Shown: in pieces, positions 1 through 9,965 of the stretch
Position numbering within the stretch: the stretch's first letter is position 1
How the letters are laid out: each line of letters starts with the position of its first letter
Assembly (NCBI GenBank): GCA_963934165.1
Contig: CAWVXH010000002.1
Span: 123,746-187,745 of the forward strand
Source: an uncultured Candidatus Poseidoniales archaeon
GTDB taxonomy: Archaea; Thermoplasmatota; Poseidoniia; Poseidoniales; Thalassarchaeaceae
Direction of reading: 5' to 3'
DNA length: 64,000 nt
The notes under the pieces: model-generated
Databases searched by the model: none
What the model was told of the DNA's origin: nothing
The model's input: only the letters and a program-made list of their open reading frames with translations
Made by a program: the position numbers and the translations under genes

Positions 1-836
1 AACTCGCCTGAAAATTCATATTCAGTTCGATCCCATTTAGAAAAATTTTCAATCAAAATTTCTACTGCATCGGGGTTGAGATCCGCAGCTAAGATATCCC
101 CGATTAATCCGTCTTCATCAATTAGGTAAGCCAGAGCAGGGCCGACGCCACAAAATGGATCGCATACCCTCAATGGTTCGCCAATTTCTTCTCGTAATTC
201 CTTTGCGTAAGCTAAAGTTTCAAGGCGTTCTGTCTGTAATTTAGTTGAAAAATAAGCACGAGAGGGGTCACAAATAATGTGCCGGCCGGACTCTTTAACC
301 ACAACCCGAGTGTGAGATAATTCAGCCGGAATCTTCGATGTCAATATCTTATCATTATCCCTCGCAGCAATCGGCGTTAATTTCCTAATTCTAAATTCGC
401 CAAAAACACCTTCATCTTCCAAAACTAAACGAATATGGGGGTGGGCAGAAAGTTTTGCTATTGCTATTTGCTCTTTGTAATCTTTAATCGCATCTTCGAT
501 TCGAAGAATCATCATATCACTAATAAATTCGTGAGAGTTTGGCCACGCGTCACCAAATTCGTCTATTTTTTCTTGACCAACTAGGTCTGCTAAGTGACTC
601 CACCAATCTGAATCGAACCGATTATCTAATTTGCCTTCACGCTCGACTAATTCATAATCGTCAAAGAATGGGGAAAAAATTTCTTTTTTTGTAAATAAAA
701 CGGGGATAAGCCTCGCAGTGCCATCATTCGATTGCGTGATACGATATCCGTCGACCAGTAGTTTCCTTTCGCGAAGAAAGCTAATCGCGGATTCAACTTG
801 CCGATTGGGGACCACTAGATGTCGCATCACGTTCAT
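1..836 (-). CDS. trm5: Trm5/Taw2-family tRNA (G37) SAM-dependent methyltransferase, 3' end outside the window
   Basis: Not in the ORF track; translated by hand on the minus strand from ATG 836 (or 827): MRHLVVPNRQ...GEFRIRKL...AYFSTKLQTER...DPFCGVGP. These are the YFS..L..ER and SAM-binding motif I of the Met10/Trm5 family. Confidence 0.8.
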   Translation of the reverse strand, partial: MNVMRHLVVPNRQVESAISFLRERKLLVDGYRITQSNDGTARLIPVLFTKKEIFSPFFDDYELVEREGKLDNRFDSDWWSHLADLVGQEKIDEFGDAWPNSHEFISDMMILRIEDAIKDYKEQIAIAKLSAHPHIRLVLEDEGVFGEFRIRKLTPIAARDNDKILTSKIPAELSHTRVVVKESGRHIICDPSRAYFSTKLQTERLETLAYAKELREEIGEPLRVCDPFCGVGPALAYLIDEDGLIGDILAADLNPDAVEILIENFSKWDRTEYEFSGE

Positions 837-864
837 GACGGGCACGCGTGCCCATCGCTTCACC

Positions 865-1692
865 ATGACGGAGGAAGACTTGGGGGCTGGACTCTGGTTA
901 ATCGGCCTAGGGCCAGGAGATCTTAACCAGATGACGCGCCGTGCCTTAGCCCTCTCACAAGCATGTAAACACCGATTCTTAGAGGGTTATACTGCCGTGT
1001 TACCAATCGAAGAAGAAGGTGCTTTGGAAGGCCTTGTTGGGCCGTGGAGTCGCTTGATGAGAGATGAAGTGGAGAAACCTGAAAAAATTCTTAGTTTGGC
1101 TCAACATTCATCGGTAGCACTCTTGGTTGTTGGCGACCCGATGCAGGCTACAACCCACATAGATTTAGAAGATCGATGTGCTGAACTTAACATACCGTTC
1201 AAGATAATCCCCGGATTATCAGCAACTTCACTTGCAATTTCACTTTCTGGTTTACAATCATACAGATTTGGACGCCAGGTTACGCTGACTTATTCATATG
1301 GTGATTATTTGCCAACTTCCCCCCTAGAATTAATAGAAAAAAATTACAATAATAACCTCCACACCTTAATGCTGCTCGACCTGGATCCAACAGGCATGGG
1401 TATCGAAAAGCCAAACCCAATGACTCCGAAAGTCGCTGTAGAATTACTTGGAAAAATGATTGGAAAAATTGGTGAAGAAAGAGAAGGAAGTCTCGGGCCG
1501 ATTTTACAAATCCCAATTAATGATTGGGACGGAATATTGCTCAGCGATATTAGTACAAATCAACAACGAATTGAAGCGGGAAATCTAGGAAAATTATCCA
1601 ATTATCAAGGAGGGGGGATCCATTCATTCGTCCTTCCGGCAAAGATGACAGATGAAGAAAAAAAGGCATTTATAAGGAGAGGGCGAAAGTAA
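865..1692 (+). CDS. dph5: Diphthine synthase (diphthine methyl ester synthase)
   Basis: LWLIGLG, FLEGYT, LLVVGDPMQATTH, GLQSYRFGRQVT and LHTLMLLD motifs. Start moved to ATG 865 because the longer ORF overlaps trm5. Confidence 0.93.
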   Translation: MTEEDLGAGLWLIGLGPGDLNQMTRRALALSQACKHRFLEGYTAVLPIEEEGALEGLVGPWSRLMRDEVEKPEKILSLAQHSSVALLVVGDPMQATTHIDLEDRCAELNIPFKIIPGLSATSLAISLSGLQSYRFGRQVTLTYSYGDYLPTSPLELIEKNYNNNLHTLMLLDLDPTGMGIEKPNPMTPKVAVELLGKMIGKIGEEREGSLGPILQIPINDWDGILLSDISTNQQRIEAGNLGKLSNYQGGGIHSFVLPAKMTDEEKKAFIRRGRK

Positions 1693-1744
1693 ACAATGTG
1701 GCGAGAGGCTCAAGTCACACTATAGTATGGGAATGTTGTAAATT

Positions 1745-3436
1745 ATGGCCGGACCAGCAGAAGTAAGTTTCCCGGGCGATAAAAACCGCCGGAAAAAGAT
1801 CCGTGTGCGTGGCATCAAACAAGCTTCAAAGCAAATTCAACAACGGCTAGAAAGAAATCTAGAATCATTGCTTGAGGACCCGAGTGTTTTTATCCCAACA
1901 ATAAACACAGAATTAGGAAAACCTCGCCGGGATCCGATGGCAGCCACTATCAAAGAAATAGGTCAATTAACAGCGAAGCGCTATGACCGACGATGGCTCT
2001 CAAAGAGGATGGTTAAGCGTCGTGGTGATATCGTCTGTCGGGCTCTCGCAGGATGTTTACTGGCAGCATTAGAAGAAGATCATACTACGGTTTCGGTTTT
2101 CAAAAATCCAATTTATGGTTCTTCTAGTTTTATTCGGAGAGGGACTGGAAAGCAGTCCCACATGGCCGGTATTCAGAATTACAAAAATCCTAAATTGCGA
2201 TTATTAGTTTTTGATGAACATGCGAAGCACGGTCTTTGGTTTTTCTCTTGGAATGGTGGATTTGTTTATACAGGAAATGTACCGAAAGTTCCTGATGAAT
2301 GGGTTCACTCCACTCTGGATTCTTCCAGCATCCAATTGAATGGTACCGAGACCCGGTGGACGAGGGGCTTGGATGAAAAAACTGTTGAAAACGATGAACG
2401 GACCGATGCTGGATGGTTGAAATTAAACTTTCAAAACGGCACTACTATCGGTCTTTCTCAATCTTCTTTGGCTAAATCAAGCGAAGCTTTCGTACCATCT
2501 ATTGCTCTGAATATGATACCCCCTAAACTTTCTGAGATTGCTGAAGCAGAGTGGATGTGGCGACCTGATGGTTGGCCGGAGGATCGTGAACTCCCCCCAG
2601 AAGGCCGAGAACAATTGGATGGGATTCTGCTAGCTTGGATGTCTATGGCATTAGAGGATACGGCACTCGCGCGTGCATGTAGAGTGAGTATCTTGAATTC
2701 AATAGATGATGGATTTGTCGCAGGTACTAGTTGGTTCGCTCAAGATTGTCAAAAAGATTTTCTTGAGCATTTGAGTGGTACTGCGAATGAGAAGCAGGCC
2801 ATTGAAGTGATTTTAGATTCACTAGACAGCGGCATTCACGTCCGAGCCGATGGACAAACTTTCAATTTAGAAAGTGATGTGATCCGATTCGAAGATTCTG
2901 CATGCCATCCAATTTTAACTTCACTTTGGCCTGAATATGGAGAGTTAGTTCTTGAAGAAACATTCAAATTAACAGGGGATGATGCTGAAGTTATTCATCA
3001 AAAACAAATGAAAAGAAAACAAGGTTTTGGTGCGTTTTTCAAAGAATTAGGAGCTACACTTTCCATCAATCAAAGACTAGACCGGCTGCCCTGGAAGAAC
3101 AATGTGTTGCCTTCGCCGCTTATTATCGCAGATAAATTAGTGAGAAAGGCAGCAGATGATGGAATAGCTGCAACTGTCGCAATCGCTCGCAAAGGAAAGG
3201 GATTAGATTCGGCAATGGGGTGGGCTTGGTTAGTAGTGCAGGACCGAACAGAATCCGATTCTTGGAGATTCGACTCCTCAAGTCGAGATAAGGGAAGTGA
3301 TTGGGTTCCTGCCTTACAAGCGTTGTGGGATGCAGGAGAAGATCTGTTGCTCAAAGACAACTTAGATGCCGTTGAAGATTACAAGGTTGCAATGAGAAGG
3401 TTGGCGGAAGTGACTGGAAGTAAATTACGTCAATGA
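1745..3436 (+). CDS. Hypothetical protein (563 aa)
   Basis: Long ORF with host-like composition and a basic N-terminus; no motif recognised. Confidence 0.75.
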   Translation: MAGPAEVSFPGDKNRRKKIRVRGIKQASKQIQQRLERNLESLLEDPSVFIPTINTELGKPRRDPMAATIKEIGQLTAKRYDRRWLSKRMVKRRGDIVCRALAGCLLAALEEDHTTVSVFKNPIYGSSSFIRRGTGKQSHMAGIQNYKNPKLRLLVFDEHAKHGLWFFSWNGGFVYTGNVPKVPDEWVHSTLDSSSIQLNGTETRWTRGLDEKTVENDERTDAGWLKLNFQNGTTIGLSQSSLAKSSEAFVPSIALNMIPPKLSEIAEAEWMWRPDGWPEDRELPPEGREQLDGILLAWMSMALEDTALARACRVSILNSIDDGFVAGTSWFAQDCQKDFLEHLSGTANEKQAIEVILDSLDSGIHVRADGQTFNLESDVIRFEDSACHPILTSLWPEYGELVLEETFKLTGDDAEVIHQKQMKRKQGFGAFFKELGATLSINQRLDRLPWKNNVLPSPLIIADKLVRKAADDGIAATVAIARKGKGLDSAMGWAWLVVQDRTESDSWRFDSSSRDKGSDWVPALQALWDAGEDLLLKDNLDAVEDYKVAMRRLAEVTGSKLRQ

Positions 3437-3687
3437 AATCGCCCTGTTCAGATGAACTGATATACAACCATTACCAATTCGTATCGATGGTGGACACTGA
3501 CAACGGAACTGGTATTCAGAATCTAGTCGAGACTCCAATCTATGGTGACCTGACCAATCCCCTTTGATTCAACTGTTAATCGGTTATACTAGACTCAGAT
3601 TACCTAATCTGTTTGAATATTGAAGAATAAGCAAGCAACCTACTCATCATAATGTTTCAAGTTCCGTATCATCCCCGCATTACTGGG

Positions 3688-5028
3688 ATGTCCTTGACCG
3701 AACAGCAGAAATCCCCGATGGGAATATTGTTCCTCGTTGTTCTGGTCGACATGATCGGCTTCACAATAGTAATCCCATTCCTGACCTACTTCGTCCAGGA
3801 TCTTGCTGCCGCGGAAGGTATCATGGATGTTGGAAAACGCGATATTTGGGTAGGCATCGTCATCGCTACCTACTCTCTAGCCCAGTTCATTTTCACCCCT
3901 GTGCTTGGCTCTCTCAGCGACAGGATTGGGCGAAGGCCTATCCTGATGTTCGGACTTTTCTCTAACACTGTCTTCTTCACTGTTTTCGGCCTCTCTCAAA
4001 ATTTGTCCATGGCACTCGTAGCACGCTTTCTAGCCGGCGCCGGTAACGGTAACATCGCCGTTGCCCGAGCCTACATTGGAGACATCAGCGAGCCTGAGAT
4101 GATAGCCCGCAGGATGGGTATGATAGGAGCCGCCTTTGGATTAGGTTTCATGATTGGCCCGTTCATCGGAGGGCTCCTTTCCGACCCGGCCAACAGCATC
4201 GGCGCGCCGTTCGATGGGCAACTCTGGATAGACAACCCATATCTACTCCCGTGCTTGTTTTCCAGCACTCTTTCTCTGGTTTCACTAGCTCTCGCTGTTA
4301 CCCGACTCCCTGAAACTCTGACACCCGAGTCACGAAGCTCCTCAGATGGCTCTTTGTTCAGCGGAATGGGAGGGATGATGACTAACCTCGTCAAGGTCAT
4401 GAAGTTACCAACAGTATCTACATTAATTTCGATCAATTTCCTATTCATGGTGGGGTTCAGCATGATGCACGGGACATTCATCCTGTTTACATCGATGGCC
4501 CCCGCTGACGGCGGTCTTGGTTGGAGCGAGCTTGACAACGGCTGGATATTCGCCTTCATTGGACTACTGGGTGTAATCATCCAAGGAGGGCTCGTCGGTC
4601 CGCTGTCTGACAGATTCTCCATGTCCCGTCTGATGATTGTAGGAACACTCTTGTGCGGTGTTGGGATAGCCAGTATTCCGTATGTTCAGCATGATGTAAG
4701 TTGGCTAATTTTCGCATCATCCGCAGGTCTAGCGATAGGTAACGGACTATTCTCGCCAATCCAGTCCTCGGTGCTAACTTTTGAGGCCAAGTCACTGGGT
4801 TACGAACTTGGCATGGTCATGGGGGCGCAGGAAGGCTTTGGTGCCCTAGCGCGCATCATCGGCCCGCTGTTTGCCGCCTACTTGTGGTCTCTTACGGTCC
4901 AAGGAACTGGCCTATGGACCTATCACACTAGCTTCAGAGTAGCAGGAATCATATTCGTCCTAGCCATACTGCTCCAACTCCGATTGAGATTGAATGGCGA
5001 ATCTGTGAAAGAGTCTAGAATATTGTAG
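3688..5028 (+). CDS. MFS transporter, TetA/DHA1-like
   Basis: Motif A GSLSDRIGRRP, ARAYIGD, GFMIGPFIGG, about 12 hydrophobic helices. ATG 3688 lies 32 nt after a TTCAAG promoter motif. Confidence 0.9.
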   Translation: MSLTEQQKSPMGILFLVVLVDMIGFTIVIPFLTYFVQDLAAAEGIMDVGKRDIWVGIVIATYSLAQFIFTPVLGSLSDRIGRRPILMFGLFSNTVFFTVFGLSQNLSMALVARFLAGAGNGNIAVARAYIGDISEPEMIARRMGMIGAAFGLGFMIGPFIGGLLSDPANSIGAPFDGQLWIDNPYLLPCLFSSTLSLVSLALAVTRLPETLTPESRSSSDGSLFSGMGGMMTNLVKVMKLPTVSTLISINFLFMVGFSMMHGTFILFTSMAPADGGLGWSELDNGWIFAFIGLLGVIIQGGLVGPLSDRFSMSRLMIVGTLLCGVGIASIPYVQHDVSWLIFASSAGLAIGNGLFSPIQSSVLTFEAKSLGYELGMVMGAQEGFGALARIIGPLFAAYLWSLTVQGTGLWTYHTSFRVAGIIFVLAILLQLRLRLNGESVKESRIL

Positions 5029-5063
5029 TAATAATTAGGGCGAACGAATGAGTCACCCCTCAG

Positions 5064-5189
5064 TCAATCGGCGTGCTATTCTATCGCGCTGATAATTTTC
5101 CTTTCAATCATGCAATATGGCACCTATTCGTTCTTGCGGGCTCAATCGCACACTATTTCGCAATCCTGAACAGCGTCATTCAGGGTTAG
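5064..5189 (+). pseudogene. 3'-terminal remnant of a hemolysin III/PAQR (YqfA-like) gene
   Basis: Hand translation gives SIGVLFYRADNFPFNHAIWHLFVLAGSIAHYFAILNSVIQG*, carrying the HAIWHLFV..G...H signature. No start codon; in-frame TGA at 5049. Confidence 0.8.
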
Positions 5190-7972
5190 GTGAACACGCT
5201 CTTGCGATGGAAGGAAGATTTAGGATACATTCCAGCCATCTTAATCTCGCTGACCCACTCCTTCCCTTTCTTGCTGTGGCCATACATCACCTCACCGGGA
5301 CTTACCTTCCAGTTCCACTGCTGCTCGAATACCTTGGCATCCTCTAGGTTCTGACACAGCTTCCTAGGCACTACATGGTACATCGACAGGATGTTCTCGC
5401 TTCTTCGGAAGTACTTGGCGATGACTTCTGGGAGCATCTCGCTGAGCCAGGTCTCGCTGACCACCTTGACCTCCCTCGGTATAACATATCGGGGGTTGTC
5501 CAGAGGTCCTAGAATCTCCTGCATCGCCTCGGCGAAAATCTCTGAATCCTCCTCTGAAGCATCCTCTAGGTAAGCCCTCATCCAACCCCCTCCTCTGCTC
5601 CCTCCTCCAACCTTGGCATCGAACTGGATTAGGCCCAAAGCCTGTAGGGAGCAAGCGACAGCCTCCCCGATTGCTTGAATCAGGGATTCGTCTGACCAAG
5701 CGACAAGACCGATCCTGTTAGCCGGAGGGAATCCTTCTCCGAATGATCCTTTGATCTCGATTGCTTCTCTTGGCACTGAGTTGAAGGGTTGTCCAATCCC
5801 CCACAGTTCTCTTGCCCTTCCTCTGTTCCTTGCTCTCATCAACATCTCTTCGTTGAATATCTCCATCGTTTCCGAGACGCCTTCCGGCTCGGCTTCAGTG
5901 AAAGCAGCGTGAACGTGTCCCACCCCCTTCTCAATGGCGCCGTCGTCACAGACTCCGTACAACTGCTTATGCTTCCTCTTGAATCGGAGATAGTCATCGA
6001 ATCCTTTGGTGAACTCGTCAGCCAGGCAGACTATGTCCCAATTGTTAGCTACCTTCTCAGGCCAGTGCTTGTCCAGCCTGAACGACCTTCCTCTCAGTTG
6101 ATTTATACTCATGCTGGTGGTCACTGTGGTCAGATCCACTAGGACGTTGATTCTGCTCGCGTCCCAGCCCTCGCCGAGTAGCCCCCTTGTTCCCACTAGG
6201 CACTTCGTCACTCCATCTTGGAACATCTCGGTAATCATCATCGTATAGTGGCGTGGCAGCCAGTCCTTTCCCTTACCTCTGATTTCGAAGTAACCGCCTC
6301 TCTCGATATAATCGAACTTGATATTCAGATTCCTCTTGGAGACCCACTGCTCAAAACGAGGAAATATCCGCTCTAGGAGGTCGTCGTCCACCAATACGGT
6401 CGTGCCCGTCATCAGCACCGGATCCAGCCTGTCAGTCGACTCACATCCGAGCACCGCTCTGTATGCTGCTACTGCTCCACCGGCGTCATCATCGAGGACG
6501 CCTTCTACCAAGGCAGTAGCCGAGGTCTTCTCGAAGTCGGTCACGATCACTGCCCGAATTTCCGGTCCGAGGGCCTCCATCTCCACCCTCAGTATGTCTC
6601 GCAGAGCATCATACTTGGCGGAGGCGTAAGCCATCACCCTGCCGACAGGTGAAGCACATAGTCTGGGGCCACCCTCAGTAATCTGGACGCCAAGCATCCT
6701 CAGTTTGCTCTTTGCATCCTCAGCAAGGGCATGGTCCTCCTCGCTTTCCGACCTCATTAGACCATTCCTGATGTAGCGATCGAGTATCGTGATCAGCACA
6801 TCCATACTATTGCCTCCGGCCACGAGTTCGGCCGACGGCTGCGGTACACCTTCGGGCAGGTTGAGTCCGGCTGCTGCGAGGTAGGCTCTAGCAGCGTCCG
6901 CGAGCCTCGGGTCTCTTCTCTGGAAAGAGTTCCAGTCCTTCGCTCTGCCAGCCGGCAGAATCAGTCCATCGAGCACTTTGGCGATCCAGACCTCGAGTCT
7001 TGGTGTGCGACCCTTGACGTTCTCCGCCCCCCTCCTCAGTTCACCTAGTAGGCTCTTGAAGTCCTCATCTACATTAGCGATGTATCTCAGTTCTCCCGGA
7101 GAGGGGCGTACGAAGTATGCGAGGTCTTGGTAGGGAGAGAGATTGCCGTCCCTGACTAGGGCAGGAACGGGGACCTCGTAATCAACCTCTCCGAACAGGT
7201 CGAAGTATTGATCGGCCGAGGAGTTGCTGGCTCCCTCCGGAGGAGTGGCAGTGAGACCGAGAACAACTGGATTCCCGAGGAATTCCATGGCCTCGATGAG
7301 AACCCTGCCCCAGTGATCCATCAGGTGATGGCACTCGTCGAGGATGACTAGGCCGACTCCTGCTTCCGAGAGTCTCTTCAGATTGGCCTTCGCGGACTCG
7401 TGGAGGATCCATAGGGCATTCCCATGCTCGGATAGCGAATCCCTGACTTTCTTCCTGTAGTGCCCCATTCTGTCAGAGTAGTATTCGAAGTTCTTCTCCC
7501 GCAGGTCGGCTATCCAGGCCAACGCGCTTTCCCGGTCGTCCGCCTCGACCGAACCGTCGTTCAAGTCAGGAGTCATCAGACTGGAGAGCCACATCTCCAT
7601 CGCAGACTCGTCTAGCTCTCCTCCTCCTCTCTTTGGGAGAGTCACCGACTGGTAGGTCAGCGAGGTCAGTATACCCGGGTTTTCGGGGTCAGTGCCTATT
7701 TCTGACTCCCTGTCATCCAAGTGGAATAGTTCCTTGGCCCTCTCGATCCATTGGGCCTGTATGGCCGAGTTCGGGCTAAGCACCAACGTGGGCAGTCTGA
7801 CTAGGTCTGACCAGACATACAGTCCAAGTACGGTCTTCCCGGAGCCAGGAGGAGCCACGATTAGCAGTTCTCTGGATCCTGATTCCAACTCCTTTCTGAT
7901 TATGCTGGAAGAAGCCACCTGAGACGGCCTGAGTGTTCCCGAGAAGCCAATCTTGCCGAAGCCATCGCTCAT
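5186..7972 (-). CDS. SF2 DEAD/DEAH-box helicase (ResIII/SSL2-like)
   Basis: APPGSGKT (motif I), DECH (II), LTAT (III), GEGWD (V), QLRGR (VI). Visibly GC-richer than its flanks. Confidence 0.9.
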   Translation of the reverse strand: MSDGFGKIGFSGTLRPSQVASSSIIRKELESGSRELLIVAPPGSGKTVLGLYVWSDLVRLPTLVLSPNSAIQAQWIERAKELFHLDDRESEIGTDPENPGILTSLTYQSVTLPKRGGGELDESAMEMWLSSLMTPDLNDGSVEADDRESALAWIADLREKNFEYYSDRMGHYRKKVRDSLSEHGNALWILHESAKANLKRLSEAGVGLVILDECHHLMDHWGRVLIEAMEFLGNPVVLGLTATPPEGASNSSADQYFDLFGEVDYEVPVPALVRDGNLSPYQDLAYFVRPSPGELRYIANVDEDFKSLLGELRRGAENVKGRTPRLEVWIAKVLDGLILPAGRAKDWNSFQRRDPRLADAARAYLAAAGLNLPEGVPQPSAELVAGGNSMDVLITILDRYIRNGLMRSESEEDHALAEDAKSKLRMLGVQITEGGPRLCASPVGRVMAYASAKYDALRDILRVEMEALGPEIRAVIVTDFEKTSATALVEGVLDDDAGGAVAAYRAVLGCESTDRLDPVLMTGTTVLVDDDLLERIFPRFEQWVSKRNLNIKFDYIERGGYFEIRGKGKDWLPRHYTMMITEMFQDGVTKCLVGTRGLLGEGWDASRINVLVDLTTVTTSMSINQLRGRSFRLDKHWPEKVANNWDIVCLADEFTKGFDDYLRFKRKHKQLYGVCDDGAIEKGVGHVHAAFTEAEPEGVSETMEIFNEEMLMRARNRGRARELWGIGQPFNSVPREAIEIKGSFGEGFPPANRIGLVAWSDESLIQAIGEAVACSLQALGLIQFDAKVGGGSRGGGWMRAYLEDASEEDSEIFAEAMQEILGPLDNPRYVIPREVKVVSETWLSEMLPEVIAKYFRRSENILSMYHVVPRKLCQNLEDAKVFEQQWNWKVSPGEVMYGHSKKGKEWVSEIKMAGMYPKSSFHRKSVFT

Positions 7973-8045
7973 ACTAGTTTCATGCTGGGCGGGTTACATG
8001 GTTTACTATTTCCCTATACTGCTGGATTAGAGGGTACCCATCCGA

Positions 8046-8648
8046 TTAGTGGGGGAGGGAAACCCATACTGCTACTGCAAAAAGAGAAAATCCAAGTAAT
8101 CCATTGAGGATTCGTGCCTTTTCTGGCGTGGAGAAAATTTTGCTTAGACCAACTCCGAATAATGCCCATATTAGAACTGCTGGATAGCCTGCTATGGCAT
8201 TAATTGTGACTAAAATAGCCTTGCTTGCGAAACCAGTTCCAAATAAGGTGCCCCATGAAGTCATCATAACAAGGAAGTGAACCCACGCCTTTCCGTTAAC
8301 AATTTGTAACATCAACCCTGTTGTAAATCCTAATCTTTCAGTTTCTGTGTTCTCTTTTTCTTTGGTCGGATCTTGAAATGCTATTTTGTATCCTAAATAA
8401 GCAATATATGCTGCACCAATATATGTCAATAAGAGGAATACCTGTTGATTATCTTCAATGAAGACTGTTGCCATCCCAACTGCCAAGCCAAGTGATGACC
8501 ATCCAACAACCATTCCGATAGTCAAAGGAATTGTTGCTCGAAATCCATGTTGTGAACCATGAGCCGCACATAGCATATTATTGGGGCCTGGTGTGAAACA
8601 CATTGGGACAATAAACACTAGGAGAGCAATAAGTCCCTCGTAATTCAT
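8046..8648 (-). CDS. LysE-family amino-acid exporter (EamB-like)
   Basis: FTPGPNN, GAAYIAYLG and LQIVNGKAW motifs; about 6 transmembrane helices. Confidence 0.88.
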   Translation of the reverse strand: MNYEGLIALLVFIVPMCFTPGPNNMLCAAHGSQHGFRATIPLTIGMVVGWSSLGLAVGMATVFIEDNQQVFLLLTYIGAAYIAYLGYKIAFQDPTKEKENTETERLGFTTGLMLQIVNGKAWVHFLVMMTSWGTLFGTGFASKAILVTINAIAGYPAVLIWALFGVGLSKIFSTPEKARILNGLLGFSLFAVAVWVSLPH

Positions 8649-8669
8649 TACATCACTTCTCGTATACTA

Positions 8670-9872
8670 TCAAGCTAATATTACGAGGTGTTCTTCAGTC
8701 AATGACAGTGCGGTAGAAACATCATTCCACAAGTCTTCTATGTCCTCAATACCGACGCTCATGCGGACGAATCCTGGTAATACTCCGGCTTCGTGGCGTA
8801 CGTCTTCAGGAACAAACATATGGCTGGAATTGAATGGGCATTCTATAAGGCTCTCAACACCACCAAGGCTGGTTGCTTCGAAAATGAGATTTAATGAGCG
8901 TATGAAATACAATGCAGCTGCATCGCCCCCCTTGACGACATATCCCATCATGCCTGTTCCGCGCGGAATAATTCGCTGTGCAACCTCATAATCAGGGCTA
9001 GAAGGAAGGCTGGGGTGATTGACACTTTCAATCATCGGATGGGCTTCAAGTCGCCTGGCAAGTTCTGCCGCATTCGATACATGAATTGGCATTCGTGCGT
9101 GTAATGTACGTATTCCGCGCTCAAGCAGATAGCACATATGAGGATCTGCTGCACCACCAAAGTGTACTTTACGCGGGAAAATTTCAGCCACTAAATCTCG
9201 GCGTCCGACAACAACTCCTGCAATTAAATCAGAATGGCCGCCGAGGTATTTTGTTGCCGAATGAATAACTAAATCGTAGCCGTATTCGATAGGGTTACAA
9301 GCCCAAGGTGATGCAAAGGTATTGTCTACAATTGAAATTAAATTATGCTTCTTAGCGACCGCGTTCATCGCCTCAAGGTCGCATACTTTGATTACAGGAT
9401 TTGTAATGGTCTCAACATAGAGGATTTTTGTATTTGGTTGAATCGCGGCTTCATAAGATGCTGGATCACGCATATCGGCCATCGTGACTTCGATTCCTAA
9501 CCGTGGAAATTCTTCAGTCATCAAACCATAAGTTCCACCATAACAATCGGCACTAGCAACTACGTGGTCTCCACTAGATAAAAGCGCGAGGAGGGTTGTT
9601 GAAATTGCTGACATTCCACTAGCAAAAACTTCACCGTCTTCTGCGCCTTCAAGTGCTGCAATCTTCTTCGCAACTCCCTCTGAATTGATGCTAGAAAGGC
9701 GTGAATAAAGTTCTGTGTGCTGAGCACCATTTGCCCATCCCTGATACCTCTCAGGTGTGAGTTGATAGGTAGAGGTAAGAAAAACTGGAGTTACTGCAGC
9801 CCCCTCAATATTCTGTGTGCCTGACCATACTGCTTTGGTTGCGAACTTTTTGTCGGAATGTTTCTCGTTCAT
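8670..9872 (-). CDS. PLP-dependent Cys/Met metabolism enzyme (cystathionine gamma-synthase/lyase or methionine gamma-lyase family)
   Basis: FASGMSAI, YGGT, ETITNP, DNTFA, SATKYLGGHSD (PLP lysine), SLGGVESL and RMSVGIED motifs. Confidence 0.92.
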   Translation of the reverse strand: MNEKHSDKKFATKAVWSGTQNIEGAAVTPVFLTSTYQLTPERYQGWANGAQHTELYSRLSSINSEGVAKKIAALEGAEDGEVFASGMSAISTTLLALLSSGDHVVASADCYGGTYGLMTEEFPRLGIEVTMADMRDPASYEAAIQPNTKILYVETITNPVIKVCDLEAMNAVAKKHNLISIVDNTFASPWACNPIEYGYDLVIHSATKYLGGHSDLIAGVVVGRRDLVAEIFPRKVHFGGAADPHMCYLLERGIRTLHARMPIHVSNAAELARRLEAHPMIESVNHPSLPSSPDYEVAQRIIPRGTGMMGYVVKGGDAAALYFIRSLNLIFEATSLGGVESLIECPFNSSHMFVPEDVRHEAGVLPGFVRMSVGIEDIEDLWNDVSTALSLTEEHLVILA

Positions 9873-9900
9873 GAATATCCGAGAGGGGGGGTAGAAATCA

Positions 9901-9938
9901 ATTAAACGGTATAATGGTTTAATAATCGTCGGATTATT
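9901..9938. promoter_or_regulatory. Overlapping AT-rich inverted repeats, candidate Lrp operators
   Basis: ATTAAAC-N9-GTTTAAT (9901-9923) and AATAATC-GTCG-GATTATT (9921-9938) lie between the divergent Lrp and PLP-enzyme genes. Confidence 0.45.
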
Positions 9939-9965
9939 GGAAATCTTTTCTGATTAGCCGACTAA

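Noticed and set aside
718-864. N-terminal extension of dph5, and similar extensions of purL, purH, the homoserine kinase, pfdA, cysC and apt
   Set aside because: They overlap neighbouring genes or promoter motifs; family similarity begins at the downstream starts.
5117-5347. 76-aa plus-strand ORF
   Set aside because: Wrong frame; the real signal is the hemolysin-III remnant, and the rest is antisense to the helicase.
5186-7972. Type III restriction-modification system
   Set aside because: No Mod methyltransferase nearby and no clear PD-(D/E)xK nuclease motif seen.
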